A stretch of DNA of 64,000 bases, taken from assembly GCF_963921235.1 (NCBI RefSeq), contig NC_086109.1, positions 27,592,001-27,656,000 on the forward strand, given 5' to 3'. Shown piece after piece: positions 11,164 to 25,355 of this stretch. A program made the position numbers and the translations under genes. A model generated the notes under the pieces. It did no database searches. It saw nothing but the letters and a program-made list of their open reading frames with translations, and was not told where the DNA came from. The first letter of the stretch is position 1; each line of letters begins with the position of its first letter. The DNA is from Mobula hypostoma. Taxonomy: Eukaryota.

Positions 11164-14100
11164 TAAGAATGTAAGAAATAGGAGCAGGATTAGGCCATCT
11201 AACCCATTGAGCCTGCTCTGCCATTCAATAACAGCATGACTAATCTGGCCACGGACTCATTTCCACCTGCCTGCCTTTTCTCCATAACCCTTAAGCCCCT
11301 ACTATGCAGAAATCCATCCAACCTTGTCTCAAATACATTTACTGAGGTAGCATCCACTGCTTTGTTGGGCAGAGAATTCCACAGAATCACCACTGTCTGG
11401 GAAAAGCAGCTCATCCTCATCTCCGTCCTAAATCTACACCCGTGAATCCTGAGGCTATGTCCCCTAGTTCTACTCTCACCTACCAGAGGAAATAACTGTC
11501 CTCCCTCTTTGTTATCTATCCCTTTCACAATTTTATGTGTTTCTATAAGAACTCCTCTCAATCTTCTGAATTCCAGCAAGTACAGTCCCAGCCGGCTCAA
11601 TCTCTCCTCGTAGTCCAACCCCGTCATTTCTGGAATCAACCTGGTGAACCTCCTCTGCATCGCCTCCAAAGCCAGTGTATCCTTCCTTAAGTAGGGAGAG
11701 CAGAACTGCATGCAGTACTCCAGGTGCGGCCTCACCAGTACCCTGTACAGTTGCAGCATAACCACCCTGCTTTTACGTTTGTAAATTCAATCTCTCTAGC
11801 AATGAAGGCCAACACTCCATTGCCTTCTTGGTAGCCTGCTGCACTTGCAAAACACTCCCAATTCCCTCTGCACAGAAGCATGCTGCAATTTTTTACCATT
11901 TAAATAATGAGGAGGAGGAGAAGATGGCAGCGCAACACAGCTTGCACGGCCACTCCGGTGAATGATATCTGTAATCTGTCAAGTAGGGTGTCGTGCACAA
12001 TTCTGATTTGATAGAGACAGACGTGAGAGAATGAAGGAACATCTGGAGAAACTTCTGAGATGCCTTTTTCGCTGCTGTTGTTACTATGTGATCCTGAATC
12101 TCCGGAGGGGAAGGCCCCGAATCCTTGGCTTTGCTTGTTGCTTAGTAGCCGGGACGGGGTCGAGGCACTCGGCAGAGATGGTGCTCAGTGTCGAAGGGCT
12201 GGTTGGAGGCTCGAAGTTTTTGAACGGACTCAGAATCGGCTGGGGTCGGGTGCTTCCAATTGTGCCTGGAGGTTTATGGCAGAGAGAGTTTCTCCCTTCT
12301 GCCGCCTGCTACCAGGGACTATCGGGAGTCGATGGGAACTTTGAGACTTTTTTTTAAACCGTTCCCATGGTCTGTTCTTTATCAAATTATGGTATTGCTT
12401 TGCACTGCTGTAACTATATGTTATAATCATGTGGTCTTGTCAGTGTTAGTCTTTGGTTTGTCCTCTTTTTTTTGTGATATCACTCTGGAGGAACATTGTA
12501 TCATTTCTTAATGCATGCATGCATTTCTAAATGACAACAAACGAGGACTGAATGCCCTCATTATCTAATCTAATAATCTGATCTTCCTTTTTCCCTTCCA
12601 AACTAGATGATTTGCATTTACCAACATTGTACTCAGTCTGCCAGACCCTTGCCCACTCACTTAACCTATCTATATCTCTCTGCAGACTCTCCGTATCTTA
12701 TGCACAATTTGCTTTTCCTCTCAATTTAGTATCATCAGCAAACTTGGATGCAATACACTTGCTCCCTTGTTCCGGTTCATTAATGTATATTGTGAACAGT
12801 TGCGGGCCCCCTGCTGCACACCGCTCACCACTGGTTGCCAACCAGAGTAACATCTATGTATCCCAACTATCTGCTTTCTATTAGTTAACCAATCCTCTAT
12901 CCATGCTAAGACATCGCCCCCAATTCTATGCATCAGTTCTTATGGATAAGTCTTTTATGTGGCACCTTATCGAATGCCTTCTGGAAACCCAAGTAAATAA
13001 TGTCCATCAGATCCCCTCTATCCGCTGGGCTCATAATATCCTCAAACAACTCCAGAATGTTTGTCAAACAGGATCTGCCTTTGCTGAATCCATGCTGTGT
13101 CTGCCTGACGGATTCATTTCTTTTCAGATGCCTCTCTATTTCTTCTTTAATGATAGCTTCAAGCATTTCCCAACTGCAGATGTTAAACTAACTGGCCTAT
13201 AGTTACGTGCATCATTTTTTGAACAGTGGTGTGACATTCGCCATCTTCCAATCCAACGGGACCTGCCCAGAGTCCAGAGAATTTTGGTAAATTATCACCA
13301 AAGCTTTTAATGTAACTTCTGCCTTTTCTTTTAGTACCCTGGGATGCATTCCATCAGAACCTTGGGACTTATCTATCTTAAGGCTCGGCATGTCTTTAGT
13401 GATAGCTATTGTATCGAGATCTTCACCACCTATCGCATCCATAACATCTCGCTTTGGTATGTAGGAAGTGTCCTCCATCATGAAGATTGACACAAAATAG
13501 TCATTCAAAGCCTTGGCTATTTCCTCATTACCGAATAACAATTCCCCCTTCACGTCCTCAAGGGACCTATATTCACCTTAGCAACCTTTATCCACTTTAC
13601 ATAATTATAAAAACTTTTCTATCCACTTTTATATTTTGTGCTAGTTTATTTTCATAATCTATGTTCCCTTTCTTTATTGCTCACTTAGTGGTTCTTTGTT
13701 GCTTTTTAAAGTTTTCCTAATCTTCTAATTTCCCACTACTCTTGGTGACTTTGTACACAAAAGTTTTAACTTTGATGCCTTCTTTTATTTCCCTAGTTAT
13801 CCAAGGCTGTTCTCCCCACACTTACTGTCGTTGCTTTTAACTGGAATATACTTTTGTTGAGCCATGAAAAATCTCTTTGAAAGTCTTCCACTGTTCCTCA
13901 ACCATCCTATATATAGCCTGTGTTTCCAGTTTACACGAGCCAAATCCTCCCTCATCGCATTGTAGTCTCCGTTGTTTAGGCATAATATACTGGTTTTAGA
14001 TCGAACTATTGCACTCTCCATTTGTATGAGAAACTCAATCATACTGTGATCACTCTTTCCAAGAGGATCCCCCAAGTACAAGATCACTAATTTTACCTGT

Positions 14101-15193
14101 CTCATTGCACAGGACCAGACCTAAGATAGCACATTCCTCTTTAGGTTCAGTAACATGATGTTCAAGAAAGCTATCATGGATGCATTCTATGAAGTCCTCC
14201 TCAAGACTGCCTCAACTAACTTGATTCACCTAATCTATGTGCAAATTTAAGTCCCCTACGATAATTGCTGTTCCATTCTTACATGCCTCAGTTATTTCTC
14301 AGTTTATTGCCTCTGCCACTGTCATGTTATTATCCGGTGGCCTATAGACAACTCCCACCAGTGATTTTGGCTTTACTATTCCTAATCTCTACCCAGATGG
14401 ATTCAACATTCTGCTCTTTAGATCTTCTACTGTTTCTCACTATTGCCCTGATCTCATCTTTAATTAAGAGTACTACTCCACCTCCTTTACATTCCTGCCT
14501 ATTCTTCCATATTACCTGATATCCTTGGATACTTAATTCCCAATCTTCTCCACTCGCCAACCACTTTTCTGTAATGACCACTAAATCATACCCCTTTGTA
14601 CTGATTTGTGCCACAAGTTCACTGACCTTGTTCCGAATACTACGGGCATTCAGATAAAGTGCCCTTATACTCACTATGCTTTTAAAATCTTGTAATAGTT
14701 TTCTCTTTTGCACTTGACTTTTCTTCACTCCACTCTTACTTTCGTCTTTTTTGCTTTTACTTTATCTTTGTTCTCACTTTGCTCTTTCACTTTATCCATA
14801 CTTCTCCAATCTGTTGAACACACACCCCTACTATTTAGTTTAAAGCCCTATCCACAGCCCTAGGTGTGTGATTCACCAGGATCCAGCTCCCATCACAGTT
14901 CAGGTGGAGCCCGTCCCATCGGAACAGCTCCCTCCTTCCCCAATACTGGTGACAATTTCCCATGAATTCAAACCCACTTCTCTCACACCAATCTTTGAAC
15001 CACACATTTAACTCTCTAATCTTCTTGACCCTATGCTAATTTTCACATGGCTCAGGTAGTAATCCAGAGATTACCACCTTTTTGGTTCTGCTTTTTTAAA
15101 TTTAGTCCCCATCTGCTCAAATTCCCTCAGCAGAACCTATTTCCTCATACTACCTACATAGTTGGTACCCATATGGATCATGACAACTGGATC
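11164..15193 (-). mobile_element. CR1 LINE, ~4 kb: ORF1 esterase end plus degenerate ORF2 (APE endonuclease and reverse transcriptase) plus 3' tail
   Basis: ORF fragments ALYLNARSIRNK/ITEKWL (EN), LGKSDHSMIEF, QHGFSKGRSCLTN/FQKAFDKVPH (RT), LVRPHLEYC. ORF1 IHMGTNYVG at ~15150-15190. Multiple stops and frameshifts. Confidence 0.93.
11909..12572 (+). mobile_element. Non-autonomous LINE-dependent retroposon (~670 bp, AAGATGGC head, (AATCT)n tail), nested in CR1
   Basis: Starts GAGGAGGAGGAGAAGATGGC and ends ..ATTATCTAATCTAAT. Colinear with the copy at 52399-53083. Splits the CR1 at an AATAAT site. Confidence 0.8.
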
Positions 15194-15752
15194 GAGCACC
15201 AAGCCCCACAAAAATGCTCCTCTTTTAAGCTCTTCTACCTGACCTGGGCAAAGATATCTCTCTCCCTGCAAATCGTCCGTCACCAATGCACCAAGCCCCG
15301 TGAAACACTCCTTTTTTTAAAAGTCTTCTCCCCAACCTGTGCAAAGCCATCTCTGCAAATGATTTGGTCCACTGCTAATAACCACTATGCTACTGAGCTG
15401 TCCCAATATGTCCATGCTAGTGTTTATAAGAACTTCATTACATAATTTAACCCCTCAATCAATGAAATAACGCCATATACTGTATCCACCACTATATTTA
15501 ATTCCTTAACACTTCCTTCGTTATTAGAAAGTCGATGAAATTCAGATTTAAAATTAACAATTGACAAATGACAGTATCAATTTTTGTTTTAGAAAGGAAG
15601 TTTAAAACTTTTTCTACCCAGAACATATCATTCGATATAGAAGTATTTTTAACCACACCTAAAACAAAGCAGTTTGCAATTTTAGACATATATCCCTGGT
15701 CTTAGACTTGTTAGTTATAAGAAAGTGTTTTCCCCTCTCTGTTCCTCTTAAT

Positions 15753-16805
15753 CATCATCATCAGGTACTATGCCCAGTTTGAGCTTTGACTGCCATGGCC
15801 CACACACTCCTGTTTCGGGTCAAGTGGATCAATTCACTGGTATTCATTTCCAGTTCTTTGGCTGCTGTCTCCATCATCATTTGTCTTTGCCTTCCTTTTG
15901 CTTTCTTCCTTTCAATCTTTCCCATAATTACCGTGCATTCTAACTCCTCTTTCCTAATCACATGTCCAATGAAGTTACATTGCCTTTTCATGATCTCATA
16001 CATTATTTCTTTTTGTGCTTCCTCTGTTCATGACATCCTTGTTAGATATTCGTTTCATCCATGATATTCTTTGCATCCTCCTCAAAAACCACATTTCTGC
16101 TGCTTCAATTTGTTTCCTCATGTTACTAGATACAGTATTGTCCGACATACTGATCCATATAACATAACTGGATAAACGTAACATTTCAGTACTCTGAGGC
16201 AGGTCGTCATGCCTAGTTTAGTGTTGGTCAGTATACTCTTCATTCTTGTAAAGGTGTCTTTTGCCATCCCTATTCTTCTTTTGATGTCCATGTCACACCT
16301 GCCATCTGATGTCACCCAGCTTCCTAAGTAGCAATTTCTGTACTTGTTTTATGTCTTCCCCATTTATTTTCAGCCTGCACATAGGATTCTCTTTCTTTCT
16401 GGGTATCAGCATACATTCTGTGTTTTTGCAATTGATAGATAGACCCATTTTTGCACTTTCTTCAACAACTTTATCAATTAAATTTTGTAGTTCTTCCTCC
16501 GTACTTGCAATTAACACAGTGTCATCCGCATATCTGAAATTATTGATGTTTTCACCAACTTTGACTCCCAAGATGTCTCTTATTTTTTGTAATATTGTTT
16601 CACTGTACACAATAAATAAATCAGGGGAGAGAACACACCCTTGACTAATGCCTCTCTTGATTTTTGTAAACTGACTCACTTCTTCTATTCTTACAGCGGC
16701 AGTTTGTTCCCAGTACAGATTTCTGACTAGGCGGAGGTCTTTCAAATCTAGATCTAGAGTTTCCTGTAATATTTCAAATAACTTATTGTGCTTCACTTTA
16801 TCAAA
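15753..16805 (-). mobile_element. RTE-clade LINE, 5'-truncated (RT C-terminal half)
   Basis: ORF pieces GISQGCVLSPDLF, NNFRYADDTVLIA, IEAAEMWFLRRMQRISW, FIGHVIRKE; (TGA)n tail. Perfect 13-bp TSD TGTTCCTCTTAAT (15740-15752, 16806-16818). Confidence 0.92.
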
Positions 16806-17589
16806 TGTTCCTCTTAATACCGGCTTAATTTTGAAGCCACCACTTAGCTTGCTAATTTCTTATGAATGTAACCTTTAGTCTTTACTTTTCATTTAAACTT
16901 TGGAATCTAGGCACAATTCTTTTTAATTAATGTTGCACTCATTCAAAGGGCAAGATATGTCCCCTAAAATATGGTGCCCAGAATTGTTCAGTGATCCAGA
17001 TTTGATATAATTGTACTAATAATCACACCATTAACACATAGAACTCTAGCTCAAGACAGATCATATTAATTTAAGATTCATAACAACTTGCCCAATAATT
17101 TTACTACCTTTCACCTGCTCTTCAGCAAAATTCCTAAACAGGAGAATAACAGGATTGAAGGGTCTCGACCCAAAACGTCAACTGTACTTTTTTTAAAACC
17201 ATCGATGCTAGCTGGCCCACTGAGTTCCTCCAGCATTTTGTGTGTGTTGCTTCCCTATTACTAAAGTATTTCACGTTGAGTTTTTAAGTCATTTGTAGAT
17301 GATCAAATTTTGGGGTGCACTGTTTCATTTACCAAATACCAATGCCAATAATACAAGTAGACAGCTACAAAATGGAAAGAAAACAAAACACCCTGCATTT
17401 GAAATTATATATCTGTTTAACTGATTACTTTCTTAAATGTTTCCAAATTGTGTCAATAAGGATGTTTCAATACTTCCTTAACAAACTGTGTAGTTTAGTG
17501 CAAAAAAAATGGAATTTCAATCTGAGAAATTGTCATATACTTTGCGGGGGGGGGGGGTAAATGCAATTTGGTTTGAATTAGGTTACAGT

Positions 17590-18105
17590 CAGAGTTGTAC
17601 AGCACAGAAACAGACCCTTCAGCCCACTGTGGCTGTGCTCATCTGCTCATCTGTGGTTGAGATACTGTTACTCTTCACCCTGAATGTTCCACAATGCTCC
17701 TGATTGGTCTGCCTTACACTTTTTATCAACTTGAAAATTTATGGAAGTTTCGACACTAATCCCACTTACCTGTAGTAACTCCATGTGCCTCTGTGCTCTG
17801 CTTGCTCACCTATCTGTCCAGATGCCTGCTACATGTTCTTCCTGCCTCCACCACTTCCTGCAGCAGCTCATTCCAGATGTTCCTCAGATCTACATTAAAC
17901 TTCCTCCCTCTAACCTTGAACATGGCTATGGACTCCCTTTCCCTGGGAAACAGATTATAAATACTCATCCTATTTTTTACAACTCTGTCAGGCCACCACA
18001 ACCACATTTGTTCCAGGAGGTCCTGATCAGATCTAACCAATCTCAAGCCTTCCAATCCTGGCAATGTCCTTGCAAATCTTTCCTGCACTGACTCCAGCAT
18101 AATCA
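17590..18105 (-). mobile_element. CR1 3' fragment (degenerate)
   Basis: LESVQERFARTLPGL..MFKVRGRKF..WNELLQEVVEAG in ORF 17810-18283; CR1 tail at ~17590. Confidence 0.7.
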
Positions 18106-18332
18106 CACCTCCTCTGAGGTTGGTGAATCTCTGCAACTCCATCTCTGAGGGTAGTGGATGCTGGATAACTAGATACAGGTGTATTACAGGTGGACCTAAA
18201 GAAATAGTTATAAGATTGAGGACCAGAAACTTCCATAAGTTTTCAAATTGATAAAAAGTGTAAGGCAGACCAGTCAGGAGCATTGTGGAACATTCAGGGT
18301 GAAGAGTAACAGTGTCTCAACAACAGATGAGC
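17644..18332. repeat. Inverted duplication, ~108-bp arms (17644-17751 / 18226-18332)
   Basis: TGCTCATCTGT..GAAGTTTC is the near-perfect reverse complement of GAAACTTC..ACAGATGAGCA. Confidence 0.9.
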
Positions 18333-19599
18333 AAAAGGAATGGTGGGCGTGTTTTAGACAGCATGCCATCCAGAAGATGCCTGGGGTATGAGGACAAATA
18401 TAATATAATGGTAACAGACATTGTGGCTCCATTTTTAACAGGTGCTAGGCAGAAAAATTGAACCAGAGACAAAGAAACAATATATTTTTTGGTTAGGATC
18501 AAGAACAATTGCTTCAGTTTTCCTAACTTTTAATTAGAAAAAAAAATCTGAACATCCATCCCTGGTGTCTGAGAAATGAGAGACCGTGATGAGTTCAGAT
18601 GACAATGATGATGATGAGATGAAGATGGGAGTTATCAGTAAAGATGTGGAAACTGATGCTGTCTTTCTGAGTGCTATTAAACCTTAATTAGTCCAAAGAA
18701 CATGGATATGATTTATTCCCTCATCTCCCTAATCTGATATTTCAAGTATATTTTAAACCTTTTAATAACATTATTGTATGAAAACTTGCTTGGTAATATT
18801 AAATCATATGGTAAAAGAATTAACTAGTACACTACTTTATTAACAGTTTAAGTTTATATAATGTTAATTATGGCCTAGAATTATGAGCAGATTGTGGGAT
18901 TTCACCTGTTCATCACTTACATACACCTCCCACTAGGTCCCTCTCCTCACTGTTTCAATCTGCTCAACAAAGACCCTAATTTGGTTTCTCTCTGCTTTAC
19001 TTTCATATCAGATTCCACAACTTAAAAAGTTTGCCTCATCTTTCAACCTCTGTCACTCTACCTACCCTTTCCTCCTCCACCAGACTCTATCTGCCATTGA
19101 AAATCTCCTCACTTGGATTCACCTCTTGCTTACCAGCAGTTAACACGCTCCCCACTTCCCTCTTTATACTGGCCAACTCCTCTCTTTCAATCCAGACGAA
19201 GGGTCTTGATCTGAAACTATACATTTCACTCCACAGATGTTTCTTGACCTGCTAAATTCCTGCAAAAGTTTGTTGTTATTTGCTTTAATTTAATACTGTC
19301 CTTTTCTGTCCAAAATACACGGGACTCCTGAACCATGGCAATATGCAATGCGATGATCAATTCCAGGGACACCAGGGGAAGCTGAATACATACAAGCCTT
19401 GTCAGAAATGTCCAAGTATTATGAAGGAAAAATAAAGAGATGGGATTTGGGAAAAAAATGCATCAATCTACCAATGATTGAATGCCCAAATCTTGAAAGA
19501 AGCAGAAGGTGCTTCCATACTTCTGGACTGATTTTGGATGAGTGGTGCTATAGCTTTCTTCAAATGCTGAGTGGTCATGTTCAGTCTCTTCGCTGCTCA

Positions 19600-20448
19600 G
19601 AATCAGAATTATCACTGACGTACTGTATGTCATGAAATTTGTTGACTTGCAACATCAGTACAGTGCAATACATTTAAAATCACCATAAGTTACAATAAGA
19701 AAATATAAAGAAAATGAAATCATAATGCAAAAAGACAACAAAATAATAAGATAGGGTTTATGGACTGTTCAAAATTTTGATGGCAGAGGGGTAGAAGTGG
19801 TTCCTAAAATGTTGAGTGTGTGCCTTTGGGCTCCTGTACCTTCTCCCTGTTGATAGTAATAAGAGGGAGAGTGTTGGATGATAAGGGTCCTTAATCATGG
19901 ATGCCGACTTCTTGAGGCAAAACTTTTTGAAGATGTCCTTGATGTTGGGGTGGCTAGTGCTCATGATGGAACTGGCTGAGCTTACAGCATTTTGCAGTTT
20001 TTTCTATCCTGTGCACTGGCATCTCCAAACCAGACAGTGATGCTCTTTACTGTACATCTGTAAAAATTAGCTAGAGTTCATGACATTCCAAATCTACTCA
20101 AACTACTAATGATATAAAGCCTCTGGCGTGCCTTCCTCATAATTGCATCAATATGTTGGGTTCAACATTCAGTAGATCCTCAGTGATGTTGACACCCATG
20201 AACTTGAAGCTGTTCACCACTTCTACTGCTGGCTCTTCAATGAGGACGAGAGTGTGTTCCCCTTGCTTCTCCTTCATGAACTCTACAATCAATTCCTTAG
20301 CCTTACTGAGCACAAGGCTATTGTGACACCACTCAACCAGTTTATCTATTTCACTCCTCATTGCCATCTGAGGCTCTGCCAACAACAGCTGTGTCATCAG
20401 CAAAATTATGGATGGTGTTTGAGCTGTGCCTAGCTACGCAGTCCTGAG
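19600..20448 (-). mobile_element. Rex-Babar-type LINE 3' fragment
   Basis: FADDTAVVG, LVEWCHNSLVL..KAKELIVEF, FKFMGVNITEDL, CLKKSASMIKDPYHP..TGRRYRS motifs. Confidence 0.8.
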
Positions 20449-21249
20449 CAATGTTCCCTCTAACTTGTAATGACCAACGTGCACAGAAGTCTTGTGTTGT
20501 GCAATTTTTTGCAGAGTGACAACATGTGCACACTGAATTTTATCTATTGAGTTATTGATTTTAAGAGCTATCGATAAGAACTTTGATCTCTTCTGGGTTT
20601 GATCATTTTTGCTCTCATTCATCTGCATTCTCAAAAGACATACGTAGCAGGCCTGTAGTGGGTAATGAAGGATTTTCTCACCAGAGCTTTCGCACACCAT
20701 CCATATGTGATCTGCTTGCTAAATAACGCTTTAAAAAGTCAAGTTTCCAAATATCATGCCACTTCTTCCCACTTGCAAATTCTTCAGAAACTTTTGCATC
20801 GTGGCAATACAAGCAGGTAAATCCACTTGCTGTATTGTACATAAATATTTCTTGTAGCTGCACGTTCTTGACCTCATGGCTTCCGATGCAGCAGTTCCTA
20901 CTGCTGCACATGAAGCCATTACGGTTTAAATGAACTAGAAGTTCTTTTGCACTTCACTCCCTAGGCTTCCTTGGAATTCAACATAGGGAATCAATAATTT
21001 CTTCAATTAAAATAGTATAAGCAAGCCAGGTTTAAAATCTGCAGACAAACCATCATAAACTCCATGCTGTCAACACCGTCCGTATCAAAAACTGGAAAAG
21101 GAAATGTGATTGTGTACGATTGTGAAATATATTTAACATGTCAACAAGGTTGAGGGTGACAACCTTTTGTGCACAGCTTAAATTACTTTATGCTCTAGTA
21201 GCAAAAGATGTGTGCGCACACACATACACACACCTTAGAGGGAACATTA
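20449..21249 (-). mobile_element. hAT DNA transposon, internally deleted, with transposase N-terminal zinc-finger remnant
   Basis: TIRs CAATGTTCCCTCTAA / TTAGAGGGAACATTA; degenerate 8-bp flanks GTCCTGAG/GTCATGGC. ORF remnant FTCLYCHDAK..GKKWHDIWKLDFLKRYLASRSH (TTF-type zinc finger-like). Confidence 0.8.
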
Positions 21250-22948
21250 GTCATGGCTGCAGACTGTAGTGGTACAAACAAAGTGGTAAAGACTTTCACT
21301 GGTTTGCCACTATGGGCGAAATAGCAGGTGCTGCAATGCTAAAGGAGACCATTATGAATTCTAACAAAGGCTGCAACTTAATAGGGCGTGTTTCTCAATC
21401 ATCTTGCTGCTTCACTAGTCAGAAGCAAAGGAAATGAAGTTGGTGAACCTGGTAAATAACACCTCCTTATTTTATGACATTTCAGAATAGCAAACTCCTG
21501 ACACTACACATTTTACCATCCTTTACTGTTTAAGAACCCTGCAAATTGAAGACTTTCAGTGCCAGGATTGGAAAATAGATATTTTCCTATATTGGGAGGC
21601 TTTACTTATAGGGATGGTTTGGCCATTAACTGGTTGCGTGCCTTTTACAATGGATAGATCATCCCAGTTCCCAGTGGCCATGCTCAGCCAATTATGTGGC
21701 AAATTGAACATTAAATTCAATATCACTGCAATCAAAATAGCAGAGTACTTTACACCCACCTACTTACAAGTTATCAAAGAAGTCTGCAGCTCCTGGTGCT
21801 TGATGGATTTGCAATGAGAATTGAGGAAATGCTGAATGTGAATTCACATACCGGTGCTCTTAATGAGGCTGATAAACATGCAGCACCATAGCTCTGACAA
21901 CTCACTTACTTAGACAAAAATTTAGCTTTGTACAATAACTCAGGGTTAAATACATGTATTCCTGAAATTACCTCTGCCTGCTATGCGAACAACAGGACTA
22001 AATTTTAGACAATACCACAACAACAAAAGGAACCTGTAGGATCAGGAATATATTATCAGTCCTATTTTCCCAATTCAGCCATTAGTTTTATGCAGAATGA
22101 TAATTTCCCTTCATTTACTACTGCTGAGATTTGCAGAGCACTTTGATAAGGGACAAAAGATATACAGGATTACTCAGGTTGTTAATTGCTTTCTCCAAAA
22201 GAACATGAAAGGCATTAGATTTAATGCCACCACATTACTAACCAACGAGCATGATATGAAAGAAAGCCATTCATCAACCCAAGAAAAACATGAAAACATA
22301 AAGACTAATTCAGCAATAAACATAAATCTTAATCAGAACAAAAAGACTGCTTGCATAATTTTTTACTTATCCATTTGGTATGTAATATAAATCTGTATTT
22401 TATAAAAGCTGCTTTTAATCAAGTGGATCCGTTAGCTGGCAAATCTCCATGAAACTGAAATCTTATCCCAATCCACATATTCTCAAGAAATACTAATAAA
22501 TATTTATTGAAAAGGTACTTTTGCCACCAGTGATTTCACAGTATATTACCTTGTCAAAAGCATATACCCTAATCCTACTCTGCTGACAACAACAATGCCT
22601 TATGTTAGTGTTGAATAATTGATTTTACAAAATACTGAAAATACATGCAAGCCAGCTCTCTCGCTGGCTGCTGCCAGTGTTTCTGAAAGGAATTGTTGGT
22701 GCTTGGATGTTCAAATGGCAGTAAGTCCAGGGTTTCCACACACACACTGACATATGGTTAATTGATTACAGTAAATTCCTTTAGTCTACGTTGGCGAATA
22801 CAGAATCAGTGAGGGCAATGAGAGAAAGAACCAGGAAGTAAATCTGGGAATGGAGTGAAAACAGAAAGTTCTGGAAGCACTCAGCAGATTAGGCAGTATG
22901 AATGAAACAGTTTGCTACCCAGTGTCTGTGCTACCTTCACCTGTTGTA

Positions 22949-23014
22949 CAGTACTGTGCAAAAGTCTTGGGTATACATATATAGAAAGGGTGTCTAAAAC
23001 TTAGCACAGCTCTG
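22949..23014. mobile_element. Tc1/mariner-type mini MITE
   Basis: CAGTACTGTGCAAAAGTCTT..AAAACTTAGCACAGCTCTG inverted ends flanked by TA on both sides. Confidence 0.65.
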
Positions 23015-23439
23015 TAGTAATTTTATGTATTGCACTGCACTGTTGCCTCAATGAATAACAAACTTAGTGAGTGATGATAAACATGATTCTGATATGGGTC
23101 TCTATCGTGTCTGAGAGTGGGAAGAGGGCAGGGAGAGGGGAATCATAGTTGGGAAAAGAGGAAGAAAGAGAGAAGGGAGCAGAAAGCATCAGAAAGTTTT
23201 TCCCCTAATGATCAATAAACCAATTGTTTGGAATCAAGTTACCTTGTCTGGTGTTTCAGGGCTGGGTGTGTCCTTATCCATGTCACCCCCTGCCCCTGGT
23301 ACTCCTCTGCCACCTGTCCCACCCCTTCCATGGCATTCCATCATCAGCATTCCCAATATCCTCTGCTCCTGCCTGTTTTACAAACTTGCTCTCTGCTCCA
23401 CATTGACAAATACGGTATGGCCCAAAAGTATATATTTCA

Positions 23440-24345
23440 ACTGTGTTTCCAGCATTTTCTGGAATACAACCTTGAGATACATCTCCTTACGGGTAACCAG
23501 AAAACAAGAAATGTGAAAAAACTCATTTTAAAAAAGGACTAACAACCAGCCAATGCACAGAGAAAAGAAAAAAGCACAAAATCTGCAAACAGTAAAAGCA
23601 AGTAACAGCATTCAGAACGAAAGTGAGTCCATAGACACAAAGCCCAGAGCAGCCAGGGCAGGCCCATAGCCTCAGCCGTCACACAGTGGAGGAAATCATC
23701 GCAAAGCTTGCAAACATGAAGACTGGAGCAACTGGAGTATGTCATAGCGTCAGTGCCGTGGACAGCAGTGAAAATGTTGCACAGCAGTGAGCAGAACCAG
23801 CCTGAGCCTCGCTTCCAGTCCCGACACTGCCTTTTCAATCCATCCATGTTTAAATCGTCCATGCACTGAGTCATCCCTCACACTAGAATCCGGCCTCAGT
23901 TGCTTGGATATGCTCTGGGCCTCACCCAGCTAACACGTTCTGGCCCACACCTGACCTTGTGTCTGTCTAAACACCCGGTGTTTAGACAGACCCAACCTTA
24001 TTCGCAATTTTGGTGGACAGGATCCAAAACTCCTCTGCTCTAATTTACTTGCACTTTGCACACCCAGACTCCAAATCGACTTTGCTCCCAATCACCTCTC
24101 CCTGAACTTGCCTCGACCTCGCTCTGCCCACGTCTCGAACATTCATTAACCTCACTGACTCCGTCTCGCACCTGCACGCCTCAACCCAGAAAAGTAAGCC
24201 TCCCCTTCGCTCGCCTGTTCATTGTTTGCTGTGATCATTTACCACAATTCTCCATAGAAAAGGTGTTCTTAATGAAGTATTTAGTTGTATTTCTTCCTTT
24301 ATGAACCACTCATAAGCTGTCACCCATCTTCCGTAGCTCCACCTT
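23440..24345 (-). mobile_element. Probable non-autonomous LINE-derived retroposon (degenerate)
   Basis: GC-richer body and a LINE-like 3' UTR on the minus strand; architecture similar to the elements at 11909, 52399 and 60786. Boundaries approximate. Confidence 0.4.
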
Positions 24346-25355
24346 AAACCTGCAGTTTTATTTTGTTTATTTATGGAGGGTTGGAAGTGCACTCCTGGGA
24401 GATAGCTTAGATCCATTGGGCTGAACGTTTTCCTTCTCAGTTGAAGTAAATAATGAATAAGCAAGGAAATATCCCAGACTTAGCTAACTCTTTGGATGTC
24501 TGAATGTGTTGGTTTGCTCCACTCAATGGAGTCCTCTGATGGAAACACAGTTAGCTCACCGCTACCATTAGAGAGGTGGCACAGGAGCCTAAGGTCCCAC
24601 AGCACCAGGTTCAGGAAGATTTATTACCCCTCAAATATCAAGCTCCTGAACCAGCATGGATAACTTCACTCAACTCTATACTGAACTGATTCACTTTCAA
24701 GGACTCCACAGCTCATGTTCACAGTAGGATTTATTATTATTATTATTATTACGCTTATTTTGTTTGTATCTGCACAGCTTGTCTCCTTTTGCATATTGAT
24801 TGTCAGCCTTTACCATTGTATTTTTCATTGATTCTATTGTATCTCTTTATCTTCTATGAATCCCTGAAAGGAAATGAATCTCTGGGTAGTTTATGGCAAC
24901 GTATAGGTACATAGGTACTTTAATAATAAATTTACTTCGAACTTGTTGAACTGCATTTACCCAGCATTGTCACTGGGAAATTGCTCCTTAGATCCTGCAC
25001 TTCGGTCAACCAATTACAGAGGGAATTGTGAAGCTAAAGGGAAAGGCAAATATGGCTCTGCTTAGTATTTCAATTTCGGTTAATGATTTTGATTTATCAT
25101 TCAGCATTTTCAAGTGCTGTTAGTTTGCTTTTAATTTAAAATATCAGGTTAGCTTTCATTTACTTTCATCTATTGGTAATCATTTTTAAATATTGCAGAA
25201 TAGAGCTAGGGCTTTGATGGCTGTTGAAGCTTGTGGGACTGTTTTGGAGTCATGTCACTCTTTTTAATACCACACCAGTCAAAGTTGCTTTATACCGAAA
25301 GAATTGGATCAGATAAGCACAGGGAGAAGAGGACTGATTTCAGGGCACCACCTAC

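Noticed and set aside
17644..18332. TIR transposon with 108-bp TIRs
   Set aside because: The left arm interrupts a CR1 tail whose sequence continues between the arms; no TSD or recognisable TIR motif.
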